Positions 39,708-49,507 of a stretch of 64,000 nucleotides of DNA are shown here, piece by piece; within the stretch, counting starts at the first letter, position 1; every line of letters starts with the position of its first letter. The stretch covers positions 504,696 through 568,695 of the forward strand of contig CAWHHI010000012.1 in the NCBI GenBank assembly GCA_963829055.1, read 5' to 3'. Source of the stretch: an uncultured Gemmatimonadaceae bacterium. Lineage in GTDB: Bacteria; Gemmatimonadota; Gemmatimonadetes; Gemmatimonadales; Gemmatimonadaceae. The notes under the pieces were generated by a model. The model saw only the letters and a list, made by a program, of their open reading frames with translations, made no database searches and was not told the origin of the DNA. The position numbers and the translations under genes were made by a program.

Positions 39708-41231
39708 GTGCGCCTGAGAGACGTGCTGCCGTACGCGTTCTACGCGGCATCGCTTCTCGTGATGCTGTGGGACGTGTTTCTCGCCGGACAGATCGGGCAG
39801 CTGCGTCGCGCACCACGCTTCTTTCGTGGCGTGACGGCGCTCGCCGGGCTGCTCATCGCACCCGCCGCGCTCGTCGTCGTCACATCGGCATCGATTCTGA
39901 ACGGCCGGGCGATTCATGTCATCGCGTGGGTCTGGCCATTCACGCTCGGCGTCTTCGCGGTGCAGGCGCTGTACGCCGTCGGCAAACGACTCGTGACGCC
40001 GTTCATCGGTATTCCGATCGCGGCCTACGACGTCATCGTTGCCGTCGCTGCATTCGTGCGCTACCAGGCGTACAGCGGCAGCGATCCGTCCGCGGCGTCA
40101 CTCGCGGTCGTCGCGGCGCAATCGAGCGCGTTAGGCTTGATGCTCGGTCGTGCAGCCCTCTTCTCGCCGTTCGCCGTTCCGCTGCCGCTGCTGGCTCCGG
40201 CCTATCCGGCGCGATGGCGTATCAGCGCGACCGTTCGAGGCACGCTCGCCGTGATCGCCATGGCGTATGCGGTGGTGTTCGTCGCTGAGTTGCCGAGCGC
40301 GGTGGTCGCCGTGCGCAGTTACGGGATGTACGCGCAGGACCGGCTGCAGGAGCGACCGCGCGGCGACTTCACGATCGGGCTCCGCGTCTTTCCGTATCTC
40401 GACGATGCGCCACCGCCGCTCGCGCTCCGGAACGATCTCGCGCTCGTCGACTCGGTTCGCGTTGGCGCCATCGCTGTGGTGATCGATCCCGCGGGCGCGC
40501 GCCTCGCCGCGCTGGATTCCCTGGCCCACGCTGTCGAGGAACAGCGACGCGACAGCGTGTTGCTGATTGTCTCCGTCGGCTACGACAGCAACGCCGAGGA
40601 AATGTTCCGACGATCTCCCGCTGCACACATGCGCGCGAGACTCGCGGCGGTCGATCGGATCGTCCGTCGACTGCGGCCCGACATCATCCTGCCCGCACGC
40701 GATCCCTACACCGAAGGCGCGCGCGCAATGGGACGCGTCCCGCTCGCATGGTGGCAGGAGTATCTACGGCTCGCCGCTCTCGACGCGCACCGCGTCAGCA
40801 ATCGCGTCCGCGTCGGCGTTGCGGCGTCCGCGTTCGTCGGAGCGGATAGCTCACTGTATGCCTGGGCGAGCGCGGCTTCATCACCGATCGACGTCGTCGG
40901 CTTCTCCTTCTATCCGTCGTACGATGGGGGCGGCTCGCTCAGTGCCCGGCTTCACGTCGCCGACCGCTGGATGCGACGCTCGACGAAGAACCACTGGGTG
41001 TTCTCGGCCGGAGGATTCCCGGTGACGCACGGTGAGTCGAGCCAGGCACGCGCGTTATGGGGTACGCTGTCGTGGGCCACGAGTCACGCGCTCATCAAGG
41101 GCATCGTCGTGGAGAGTGCCGGCGACTACGACGTCGTCACGGGTTTGCGTGCGCCAGGCGGGCGCATCCGGCCAGCGCTGGCGACGCTCGAGCGGGCGGT
41201 CGCCGCAATGGCGGAGACGGCACCGCAGTAG
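39708..41231 (+). CDS. Membrane protein with N-terminal TM bundle and C-terminal glycoside-hydrolase-like domain
   Basis: About 5 TM helices, then DVVGFSFYP and K.HWVFSAGG. Confidence 0.65.
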   Translation: MRLRDVLPYAFYAASLLVMLWDVFLAGQIGQLRRAPRFFRGVTALAGLLIAPAALVVVTSASILNGRAIHVIAWVWPFTLGVFAVQALYAVGKRLVTPFIGIPIAAYDVIVAVAAFVRYQAYSGSDPSAASLAVVAAQSSALGLMLGRAALFSPFAVPLPLLAPAYPARWRISATVRGTLAVIAMAYAVVFVAELPSAVVAVRSYGMYAQDRLQERPRGDFTIGLRVFPYLDDAPPPLALRNDLALVDSVRVGAIAVVIDPAGARLAALDSLAHAVEEQRRDSVLLIVSVGYDSNAEEMFRRSPAAHMRARLAAVDRIVRRLRPDIILPARDPYTEGARAMGRVPLAWWQEYLRLAALDAHRVSNRVRVGVAASAFVGADSSLYAWASAASSPIDVVGFSFYPSYDGGGSLSARLHVADRWMRRSTKNHWVFSAGGFPVTHGESSQARALWGTLSWATSHALIKGIVVESAGDYDVVTGLRAPGGRIRPALATLERAVAAMAETAPQ

Positions 41232-41302
41232 CCCGAGTGTCACTCGTGTGACGCACCGCAACGCGCGTGGGTTAGGCCGACATATCAACTCCCGGAGAGC
41301 TC

Positions 41303-42547
41303 ATGCGCTCGAGAGGTTTGCTCGCTCTCGCTGCTGTCGTCGTCGCCGCCTGCAGCGATCCTAACGCGCCCTCGGGCCGTGCCAAACCCATCACCGCACT
41401 TCCGCGAACGCTCACGACGGGCGAACAGGCCATCATCGCGAGCAGCAACGCATTCGGCTTCGGTCTTCTCAGAGAGCTCGACCGCACGCGGGCGGACTCG
41501 AACATTTTCATGTCCCCGCTCAGCGCGTCCATGGCGCTCGGGATGACGATGAACGGCGCTGCCGGGCAGACGTTCGATGAGATGCGGACCGCGCTGGCGT
41601 TCGGCACGCGGCCGGTGGCGGAGATCAACGCGTCGTATCGTTCGCTGATCGACCTGCTGCGCGGTCTCGACGGAACGGTCGACTTCCGCATCGCGAACTC
41701 CATCTGGTACCGTGCAGGCTTTCCGTTCGAGCAGACGTTCCTCGACGAGTCACGCCAGTTCTTCGATGCGAAGGTGTCGGGACTCGACTTCGCCGCGCCT
41801 TCCGCGGTGCCGGCGATCAACGCGTGGGTCGACCAGAGCACCAACGGGAAGATCGCCAAGATCGTCGACGGGCCGATCGCTGATGACGTCGTCATGTACC
41901 TCATCAACGCGATCTACTTCAACGGCTCGTGGACGACCCGCTTCGACAAGAGCCTCACGCGGGCCGATCAGTTCACGACCATCGGCGGCACGACCGCGCC
42001 GATCGCGATGATGCGCCGCACCGACACCGTGCGCGTCGCGGAGACGGCGGACGCCCAGGTCGTCGACCTTCCGTACGGTGGCGGCGCATACTCCATGACG
42101 ATCCTGCTGCCGAAGCAGGGCACGTCCGTCAGCCAGCTGGTGTCATCACTCACCGCGGACTCATGGCAGGCCATGGTAGGCAGCACGTCGCCGCGGTCCG
42201 TCGAACTGCAGATGCCGAAGTTCTCGCTGCGGTGGGAAGCGCTCCTCAACGACCCACTGCAGGCGTTAGGCATGCGTCAGGCGTTCCAGGGCGGGCGGGC
42301 CGACTTCTCGCGCATGTCCAGCGCGGCCGGCGACCGGCTCTACATCAGCCGCGTGAAGCAGAAGTCGTTCGTGGACGTGCACGAGGAAGGCACGGAGGCC
42401 GCGGCGGTGACGTCCGTCGAGATCCGGGTGACCTGTACCTGCGGGCCGCAGGTGGTTCGCATCGATCGGCCATTTGTGTTCGCGATCCGCGAACGACTCT
42501 CGGGAACGGTCCTGTTCCTGGGCAAGATCGTTAGGCCGCCAGCGTAG
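41303..42547 (+). CDS. Serpin-family lipoprotein
   Basis: Lipobox VAAC; NIFMSPLS; NAIYFNGSW; EEGTEAAAVT hinge; DRPFVFAIRE. Confidence 0.95.
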   Translation: MRSRGLLALAAVVVAACSDPNAPSGRAKPITALPRTLTTGEQAIIASSNAFGFGLLRELDRTRADSNIFMSPLSASMALGMTMNGAAGQTFDEMRTALAFGTRPVAEINASYRSLIDLLRGLDGTVDFRIANSIWYRAGFPFEQTFLDESRQFFDAKVSGLDFAAPSAVPAINAWVDQSTNGKIAKIVDGPIADDVVMYLINAIYFNGSWTTRFDKSLTRADQFTTIGGTTAPIAMMRRTDTVRVAETADAQVVDLPYGGGAYSMTILLPKQGTSVSQLVSSLTADSWQAMVGSTSPRSVELQMPKFSLRWEALLNDPLQALGMRQAFQGGRADFSRMSSAAGDRLYISRVKQKSFVDVHEEGTEAAAVTSVEIRVTCTCGPQVVRIDRPFVFAIRERLSGTVLFLGKIVRPPA

Positions 42548-42552
42548 CACCC

Positions 42553-42693
42553 GTCATTCCGAGCGAGGCGGAGCCGGGAGCCCACGAGAACGTGGAGCAG
42601 ATGAGGAATCCTTGGCGTCCGCGTAGAGCGGCTCTCTACCCGGCAAGCCAAGGATTCCTCGACTGCGCGCCTGCGGCCTCCGCTCGGAATGAC
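42553..42693. repeat. REP/MITE-like palindromic element
   Basis: gtcattccgagcg...cgctcggaatgac terminal inverted repeat; inner gaggaatccttggc/gccaaggattcctc stem. Confidence 0.85.
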
Positions 42694-42710
42694 AGCCATC
42701 ACTCGAGGCG

Positions 42711-45353
42711 TCAGACGGTTTTCGGCGTCCCCCGCACGATGCCTTCGACGTGACGCTCCTCCACGAGGTACTTACGAGCCACGTCACGGACGTCGGCCGC
42801 GGTGACCGCGCGCACCCGCGCGTCCTGATCGACCAACTCGCCGAGCCCCGACCCGTACAGCCACGCGTCGATAATGTCTGCGAGTACCGCGGCGCCGCTT
42901 TCCTGACGGATCGCGCGGGTACCGATCGTGTACGTCTTGGCGCGCTCGAGCTCCTCCGCGGTCACTTCGGTGTCGCGGAGCTTCGCGAATTCGTTCAGCA
43001 ACCCTCGCCGCGCGACCTCTTCGCGATCCGGCGATGTCGCGATGTACGAGATGAACGTTCCGGCGAGACGCCGCTCGCTGGCGTACGCCTGAACGGTATA
43101 CGCCAGCGACTGACGGTCGCGTAGCTCATCGAAGAAGCGGCCGCCAAGGCCGCTCGCGATCGTCGCGATCAGTCCGGTCGCGAATCGATCCTCGCCGAGC
43201 CGAGCAGGGCCTTCGAACGCGACCACCAGTGCTGTCTGCGCCTTGTCGCGCGATTCCGCGAGCGACGCGGCGGCCACAGGCCACTGCGGCGGCGTGACTG
43301 GCTCCGGCTCCGTCGACGCAAGCTCCGAGAATGCGGCCGCCACCTGAGCGGCAATCTCATCGGGATCGAGATCGGCGACGATCGCGATCACCGTGGGTGC
43401 GCGGAGCACGCGGTCACGATGCCAGGCGCGGACTGCGCGCGCGTCGATCGCGCCTAACGTATCCTCCGTCCCGAGCACGGACCGCGCGTACGGATGCGTC
43501 CCGTACGCAGCCTGCATGGCGAGCCGAACCGGATACCGGTACATGTCGTCCCGTTGCTGCGCGACGTTCGCGAGCGCCACGGCACGCTCTGTCTCGAGGG
43601 CCTCCTCGGCGTACGTCGGATGCTGCACGATGTCGGCGAGGAGGTCGATCGCCGGCCCGACTCGGGGTGCTGGAACGGAGATCGTCCAGCCAACGCCGTC
43701 CGTCGTCGCGCTCGTCCCCATCACCGCGCCGAGCAGCTCGGACTCTTCGGCGATCGCGGTCGCGGAGCGACGCTCGGTTCCCTTGAGGGCTGTTCGCGTG
43801 AGGAGCGTGGTCAGCCCACCGAGCGATGGCGGCTCCACGGCCGCGCCGCCGATCGCGTAGACGCCCATGTGGACGATCGGTGCTCCCGGGCGTCGCTTGA
43901 CCAGCACGGGAATACCGCTTGGCGTACGATAGACGCGCACGCCAGCCTGTTCACGTTCGAGGGCCAGCCTTGGAGGAGACGCCAGCGCGGACGTGTCACT
44001 CACGTCGGGTGCGACCGGCAGCGGCGACGCCGGGGCTGACGTGAGCAGCGCGAGCGCGGCGTCAGGATCGTCAGCGATGGGAGCGGCGGCCGTCGGACGG
44101 TACATCACCCACCCAGCGCGATCCGGCGTCAGATATCGCTGCACGACAGCCGTGACGTCCGGCGCTGACGCGGTCGTCGTGCGCTCGAAGTACTGGTCGC
44201 CCAACCGCCAGTCGCCTAACGCTTCCCATTCCGCGAGGTGCGTTGCCTGCCCTTCCACGCTCTCGAGATGCCGCAGCCACCGCGACTCGAACATGCGCTG
44301 CGCCCGCACCAGCTCCTGAGGCAGCACGCCATCCTCGCGGAGCGCTCGGACCTGGTCCCAGATCGCACCCGCGGCCGGAACCGCGGACGCCGCCGGCATG
44401 TCGGCGTGAACGACGAACACGCCAAGGTCGGTGGGCGTGTAGTTGTACGCGCTCACTGACGCCGCAAGCTGCCGTTCGCGAACAGCACGATAGAGTCGCG
44501 ACGCGCGGCCCGACCCGAGCACGCCCGCGGCGAGATCGAGCAATGGCGTGTCCTCGTGCATCGTAGGCTGGGTGCGCCACCCGAATACCAACTCGGCTTG
44601 CGCAATGTCGCCGGCGAGCTCGCGGTATCGGAAGTGGTCGGCGCTGTTCTCGTCGGGTCCGGGATTGCGTTGGACGGGCGCATTTTCGAGCCCGCCGTAC
44701 AGTCGCTCGACGTGCCGCGTCGTCTCGGCAACATCGATATCCCCGACGATCGACAGGATCGTCGACGACGGCCGATAGAAGTTCCGGTAGAAGCGAACGA
44801 GATCGTCTCTCGTCAGGCGTCGAAGCCCTGCCTCACGGCCAATGCGCCAGCGACGCATTCGGTGGCGATCATGCAGCAGCTCGAACAGCGTCTCGGTAGT
44901 GACCGCGCCCGGGTTGTCCGACTTGCGCTTCGCCTCCTGGATGATCACCTCGAGCTCACGTGCGAGCTCGCCTGCATCGATCACGGAGTTCGCGTACGCG
45001 TCAGCCTGGATCTCGAGACCGGCGACGAGCCCCGAGGACGGCAGCACCGTGTAGTAGACGGTGTGATCGTAGATCGTGCTCGCGTTCAGGTACCCGCCGC
45101 TCGCTTTCGTCTGCTTCGCGATCTCGCCGACGCCGCGCGTCGGCGTGCCCTTGAAGAACATGTGCTCGAGCACGTGCGCGATGCCGACGACGTCATCGGT
45201 CTCGTCGAAGTATCCCGCCTTCACGTGCGTGACGACGGCGACAACGGGTGCCGTGTCGTCCCGCCGCATCAGCACCGTGAGCCCGTTAGGCAGCACCAAC
45301 CGCTCGACCAATGCGGGATCGACGGACACGGGGCGGGACGCGAGGGAGGTCAT
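42711..45353 (-). CDS. M16-family zinc protease (pitrilysin/PqqL-like, two-module)
   Basis: GIAHVLEHMFFKGT (HxxEH); NAST; second module lacks the motif. Confidence 0.92.
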   Translation of the reverse strand: MTSLASRPVSVDPALVERLVLPNGLTVLMRRDDTAPVVAVVTHVKAGYFDETDDVVGIAHVLEHMFFKGTPTRGVGEIAKQTKASGGYLNASTIYDHTVYYTVLPSSGLVAGLEIQADAYANSVIDAGELARELEVIIQEAKRKSDNPGAVTTETLFELLHDRHRMRRWRIGREAGLRRLTRDDLVRFYRNFYRPSSTILSIVGDIDVAETTRHVERLYGGLENAPVQRNPGPDENSADHFRYRELAGDIAQAELVFGWRTQPTMHEDTPLLDLAAGVLGSGRASRLYRAVRERQLAASVSAYNYTPTDLGVFVVHADMPAASAVPAAGAIWDQVRALREDGVLPQELVRAQRMFESRWLRHLESVEGQATHLAEWEALGDWRLGDQYFERTTTASAPDVTAVVQRYLTPDRAGWVMYRPTAAAPIADDPDAALALLTSAPASPLPVAPDVSDTSALASPPRLALEREQAGVRVYRTPSGIPVLVKRRPGAPIVHMGVYAIGGAAVEPPSLGGLTTLLTRTALKGTERRSATAIAEESELLGAVMGTSATTDGVGWTISVPAPRVGPAIDLLADIVQHPTYAEEALETERAVALANVAQQRDDMYRYPVRLAMQAAYGTHPYARSVLGTEDTLGAIDARAVRAWHRDRVLRAPTVIAIVADLDPDEIAAQVAAAFSELASTEPEPVTPPQWPVAAASLAESRDKAQTALVVAFEGPARLGEDRFATGLIATIASGLGGRFFDELRDRQSLAYTVQAYASERRLAGTFISYIATSPDREEVARRGLLNEFAKLRDTEVTAEELERAKTYTIGTRAIRQESGAAVLADIIDAWLYGSGLGELVDQDARVRAVTAADVRDVARKYLVEERHVEGIVRGTPKTV

Positions 45354-46105
45354 GTTCCGAAAGGTCTCCGGCGAAGCAGCAGGAGTGCAGCGACGATACA
45401 AATGGCGCCGAACGCGACTGGCCACGCCAATGCGCGTGGATCAATGGACGCACCGCGTGCGAACGATCCGCTCAATGACGCGACGACGTGCCCAGGCGGC
45501 AGTACGTATTGGGCGACGTCGAGCGCCAGGCTTCCGCCGCCTGACGCGCGGAGACCCGAAACGTAGCGGTCGAACGCCAGATCGCCCGCAATGATCGCCA
45601 GCAGCAGCGGCGCGTGAAACACCGTGAGCGTGGACAGCAGGAACGCGAGTCCACCGATGCTCAGCCAGCCAAGCGCGACGTACCCCGCCACGCCAATGAC
45701 GGACACCGGATACACCGCGACCGCATAGAACGCGGCCGCCATGCTCCCGAGCGCGACCGCACCGAGCCCGGCTATGAAGAAGCCTTGCGCGTAGTAGCGC
45801 ATCGGGCTGAGCGGACGCGAGAAGATCACGCGGTCGTAGCCTCGTCGCCGATGCTTTGCCACCAGTCCATGCGCAGCGAACGCCGCGGCGAGGAACGCGA
45901 ACGACGCGAGCACGAAGTCGAACGCCTGTTGCAGCTGAACCCGGGCGTCGATGCCGCCGGTCGCATCGAACGCAGACCACGTCAGCCCATGCGTGTACAC
46001 GTACGCCCACGCGGCGAGTCCTGTCGCAGCCGCCGTCAGCGGCACCCGACCGACGAGGTAGTCCCTGAGCTGCGCTCCGGCGTACGCCGACACGCGCGCT
46101 CTCAC
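45350..46105 (-). CDS. ABC-2-type permease-like membrane protein
   Basis: About 6 TM; IFSRPLSP; coupled to the ATPase gene. Confidence 0.65.
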   Translation of the reverse strand: MRARVSAYAGAQLRDYLVGRVPLTAAATGLAAWAYVYTHGLTWSAFDATGGIDARVQLQQAFDFVLASFAFLAAAFAAHGLVAKHRRRGYDRVIFSRPLSPMRYYAQGFFIAGLGAVALGSMAAAFYAVAVYPVSVIGVAGYVALGWLSIGGLAFLLSTLTVFHAPLLLAIIAGDLAFDRYVSGLRASGGGSLALDVAQYVLPPGHVVASLSGSFARGASIDPRALAWPVAFGAICIVAALLLLRRRPFGT

Positions 46106-47017
46106 GACGCCGCCTCGGCCATCGGCGACAACGCGTTAGGCTCGACCCGCGCGTTCGCCGGCGCGAGCGACGCGATGAGCGCGCCGCGCTCGAGCAGCTC
46201 CCGCAAACCGAGGTTGAGCACCGCGAGTCCACTCACGCGCACGGCGAACACGCCCTTGCCGAGTGCGATCGCCGTCGGAAAGACGGCCAGCACGTGCTCG
46301 GCCCCGTGGTGCACGGCGAGATGAAAGACAGCCTCGATGGCTACCGGCGTCGTCGGACGAGCGGCACCGATACGCCGCACGCGGCCGCGATCGATGGGCG
46401 TGACACGGTCGGCGATGCGATGCAGCTCGGCCGCGTCCCGCGACGCGATCAGAATGGCTCGGTCGAACGCTCGCAGCGTGATGAACAGATCTCGAAGACG
46501 GTCGAGGGAGTCGTCACTCAGCCCATCGAGTGGCTCGTCGAGCACGATGACGCGACGGTCGGCGAGAATTGCCTGGGCGACGCCGAAGCGCACGCGCGCG
46601 TCACGACTCAGCGATCGCAGGCGGCGACGTCGCGCATCCTCGAGACCGAGGTCTTTGACGACCGCGTCGACACGCGCGACGAGTCTGCGTCGCGTGTACG
46701 CCCGCGAGGACCGCGAGCCGCGCGAGCGCGTCGGTTACGCGCCAACCGCCCGGAAGCGCGAACGGCTGCGGCAGATATCCAATGCCCTCGCGCTCGACGA
46801 ACCGCCGCGGCTCGATACCATCGACGCGCACCGTGCCGCTGGTGGGCCGCTCGTGACCCAGGATGAGCGCGAGTAGCGTGCTCTTCCCGGCGCCCTCCGG
46901 CCCGGCGAGGCCGACGATCTCTCCGGCCCCGACCCGCAGCGAAACGTCATCGACTGCGCGTGACGGGCGTCCGAACGTCGGCGCGTACGTCTTCGAGACG
47001 TGACTGAGCTCGATCAC
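46102..47017 (-). CDS. ABC transporter ATP-binding protein (frameshift near 46680)
   Basis: GPEGAGKST in ORF 46601-47017; VLDEPLDGL in ORF 46102-46593; signature motif degenerate. Confidence 0.8.
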
Positions 47018-48066
47018 CGCACCGGCGCTTGCGCGCCGGGCGCCTGCGGGGCGAGCGTCGGAAGCGGAGTGCAGCTCGTCCAGGCACCAGGGCCCGCGCG
47101 CTGCATGAAGTTGTTCGCCTCCTGTACGCGACCGAGGCGCATGAGCACACAGCCAAGGTAGCCCTGCGCTTGCTTGTCGCTTGGGCTGAGCTGCACCGCG
47201 CGCACGTAGAAGCTGCGCGCGAGATTGAGTGATTGCAGCGCACCGGGCAGGTTGCCGCCGTTGATCTGCGCCGTCGCCTGCGCGAGCAGATGGTTGCCCA
47301 TCTCCCGCTGTGCGATCTCGTTCTGCGGGTCGAGCTGAATGGCGGTCTGCAGCTCGCGCACGGCGTTTGTCGCGTCGCCTTCCTCACGCGCCATGCGCGC
47401 GAGATAGACATGCGGTGTCGCGTCCTTGGGATCGTCCTTCACCGCCTGCGCGAACGCGTTTCTCGCGGCCGTCTTGTTGTTCGCCGAATAGGCCGCAATG
47501 CCCTGCTGCAGGGCACCGCCCGATCGCGCCGTCGTGAAGTAGTAGATGCCCCACCCGATGGCGCCTAACAACACGAGCAGGCCGATGAGCGCGATCAGTG
47601 GAAATCCGCGACGTCGTCCGGCGCCCGGAAATGCAGGCGCGTCGGGCGCGACGGCTACTGGCGCCGGCGTCGCCAATGCTGCTGCGGCAGCGGACGCCGT
47701 CGGGGCAGCACGTTCCTGACGCAGCGCCGCCTCGAGTTGCTGGAAGCCAGTCCGCGCTGCACCAATGTCGGCGGCGGACGGTCGATAGTCGGTGCGCTGC
47801 GCTCGCTCGTGCGCCGCACTGAACTCGACGAGCGCGTGCGCCTGGTCGAGCGTCAGCAACTCGCGCTGGCGGACTTCCCGGATGAGCGGTTGGCTGGACA
47901 GCGAGGCCGACCCGATGAGCGCGCGCATCGACGTCTCCGCGGCCTGCCACCCCTCGATGATATCGGCCGCGAGGTCTTCAGGGTCGCGCGCGAGGTCGAG
48001 GCGGCCGATTGCCGGCCTCGCCTGGTCGAGCGCGGCGAGGGCGGCTCTCTGTTGCGATGTTGTCAC
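47014..48066 (-). CDS. Membrane-anchored TPR protein
   Basis: Central TM, then TPR-like repeats (AVKDDPKDA, AIQLDPQNE, AVQLSPSD). Confidence 0.8.
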   Translation of the reverse strand: MTTSQQRAALAALDQARPAIGRLDLARDPEDLAADIIEGWQAAETSMRALIGSASLSSQPLIREVRQRELLTLDQAHALVEFSAAHERAQRTDYRPSAADIGAARTGFQQLEAALRQERAAPTASAAAAALATPAPVAVAPDAPAFPGAGRRRGFPLIALIGLLVLLGAIGWGIYYFTTARSGGALQQGIAAYSANNKTAARNAFAQAVKDDPKDATPHVYLARMAREEGDATNAVRELQTAIQLDPQNEIAQREMGNHLLAQATAQINGGNLPGALQSLNLARSFYVRAVQLSPSDKQAQGYLGCVLMRLGRVQEANNFMQRAGPGAWTSCTPLPTLAPQAPGAQAPVR

Positions 48067-48098
48067 GTCTGGGGCGGCTTGCGGGCTTACGGGGCGGT

Positions 48099-49226
48099 TT
48101 ACTTGACAATGCGCAACAGTCCCGCGTCAGCGCTGCCGCGGATGAAGCTCTCCGCATCGCGTGTCGGGATCGTGACTCCGGTGAGGGAGTAGCCGCGCCG
48201 TGCTTCGGTCGCCATGAACTCCTGCATCGAGCGGCCGACGAACGCCGTGTTCGAGTCGCGCATCAGGCGCACGATGTCATCCCAGCTCCCGCGAAACGGC
48301 TTGCCTTCGCGCGTCAGGACTTCGTGCGACGGCTCGGCGCGAGGTGCTGGCTCGATCTTCTGGTCGGCGAGGCTGGTCAGCAGACCGCCGAACAACTCCA
48401 GCTGCCCCTTCGCCTCTTCCGCAGCCTGATCGGCGGCCGCCTGCTCGATCTCGGCAAGCATCTCATCAATGTCGTCCGGTTCGCCTGCGAGCTCGTTCAG
48501 CCGATCTTCCCACGGCTTGAGCTCGGGATCGTCGTCCTTGAGGCGGTAGATCGTTTTCTTGAGCTCGACGAGCCGCCAGATCCCCAGTTCGTCCCAGTGA
48601 TCCGATGGCGACGTGCGATCGAGGTGGTACAGCGCCGCCTCGTAGTCGCCGCGATCGTACAGGATGTTGCCGAGGTAGATGCGTGCTTCGGCGTGATCGT
48701 TGTCGAGCTGCAGCGCGCGTCGGAGCGTCGAGATCGCGGCGTTGTCGTCGCCGAGACGATGCTGCGCATAGCCTACCAGCGCGACGGCCTCCGCGGATTC
48801 GGGCGCCTGTTCGACGGCAATGTCGAAGAACTCCTTCGCTTCTTCGATCATGCCTTCACGGAACAGCGCGCGGCCGACCTGCAGCATCAGATCGACGTCG
48901 TCCTGATAACCGAGCTCGAGCACGCGCCGGAAACTCTTCACGGCGGCTTCGGCGCGACCGAATTTCAGCAGCGTCTCACCGAGCCCGGCGAGCGCATCTT
49001 CGTGCTCGGGGTCGAGGATGAGGGCCTCCTCGAAGCTGCGCCGCGCCCACGCGAACTCGTCGCGGGCAAGTCGAGCGTACCCAACCCCGATGTGCAGCTC
49101 TACCGCGTTGGGATAGAGCGCGAGTCCCTCCCGAAGTACGTCGAGCGCTTCGTCGTATTGCCCCTCGTTGTACAGCTGATGGGCGCGCTCATCATACTCT
49201 TCGGAACTCAGAAATGGGGTCGGCAT
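48099..49226 (-). CDS. TPR repeat protein
   Basis: Multiple TPR motifs (ALYPNAVE, ILDPEHED, ALQLDNDH). Confidence 0.88.
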   Translation of the reverse strand: MPTPFLSSEEYDERAHQLYNEGQYDEALDVLREGLALYPNAVELHIGVGYARLARDEFAWARRSFEEALILDPEHEDALAGLGETLLKFGRAEAAVKSFRRVLELGYQDDVDLMLQVGRALFREGMIEEAKEFFDIAVEQAPESAEAVALVGYAQHRLGDDNAAISTLRRALQLDNDHAEARIYLGNILYDRGDYEAALYHLDRTSPSDHWDELGIWRLVELKKTIYRLKDDDPELKPWEDRLNELAGEPDDIDEMLAEIEQAAADQAAEEAKGQLELFGGLLTSLADQKIEPAPRAEPSHEVLTREGKPFRGSWDDIVRLMRDSNTAFVGRSMQEFMATEARRGYSLTGVTIPTRDAESFIRGSADAGLLRIVK

Positions 49227-49507
49227 ATCTCGGTTAACCTCCAGCTCATGAGTGTATGCCTATTGTACTACTCGCACGGCCCGGAGTTCAACACCTGGTA
49301 TAGCGCTCCGGCGCGAGCGAAAACACGCTTCGTCACGGTGGAAATGTACAGCCCCGCAACAGACGAATCGGACCTGTCCAGCAGCAACGAGTTTGCAGAA
49401 CTCGCACCGCTGCGTCAGGCAACCCGCAACGTCCGAAAGGTACGCGGCCAACACGGCTGCATCACGCCTGTTGACGCGCGGAGCGACCGGTCGGGCACAC
49501 TGCAGAT

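Noticed and set aside
49227..49507. tRNA or sRNA in this lower-GC intergenic stretch
   Set aside because: No cloverleaf or T-loop pattern, no terminator; looks like a promoter region.
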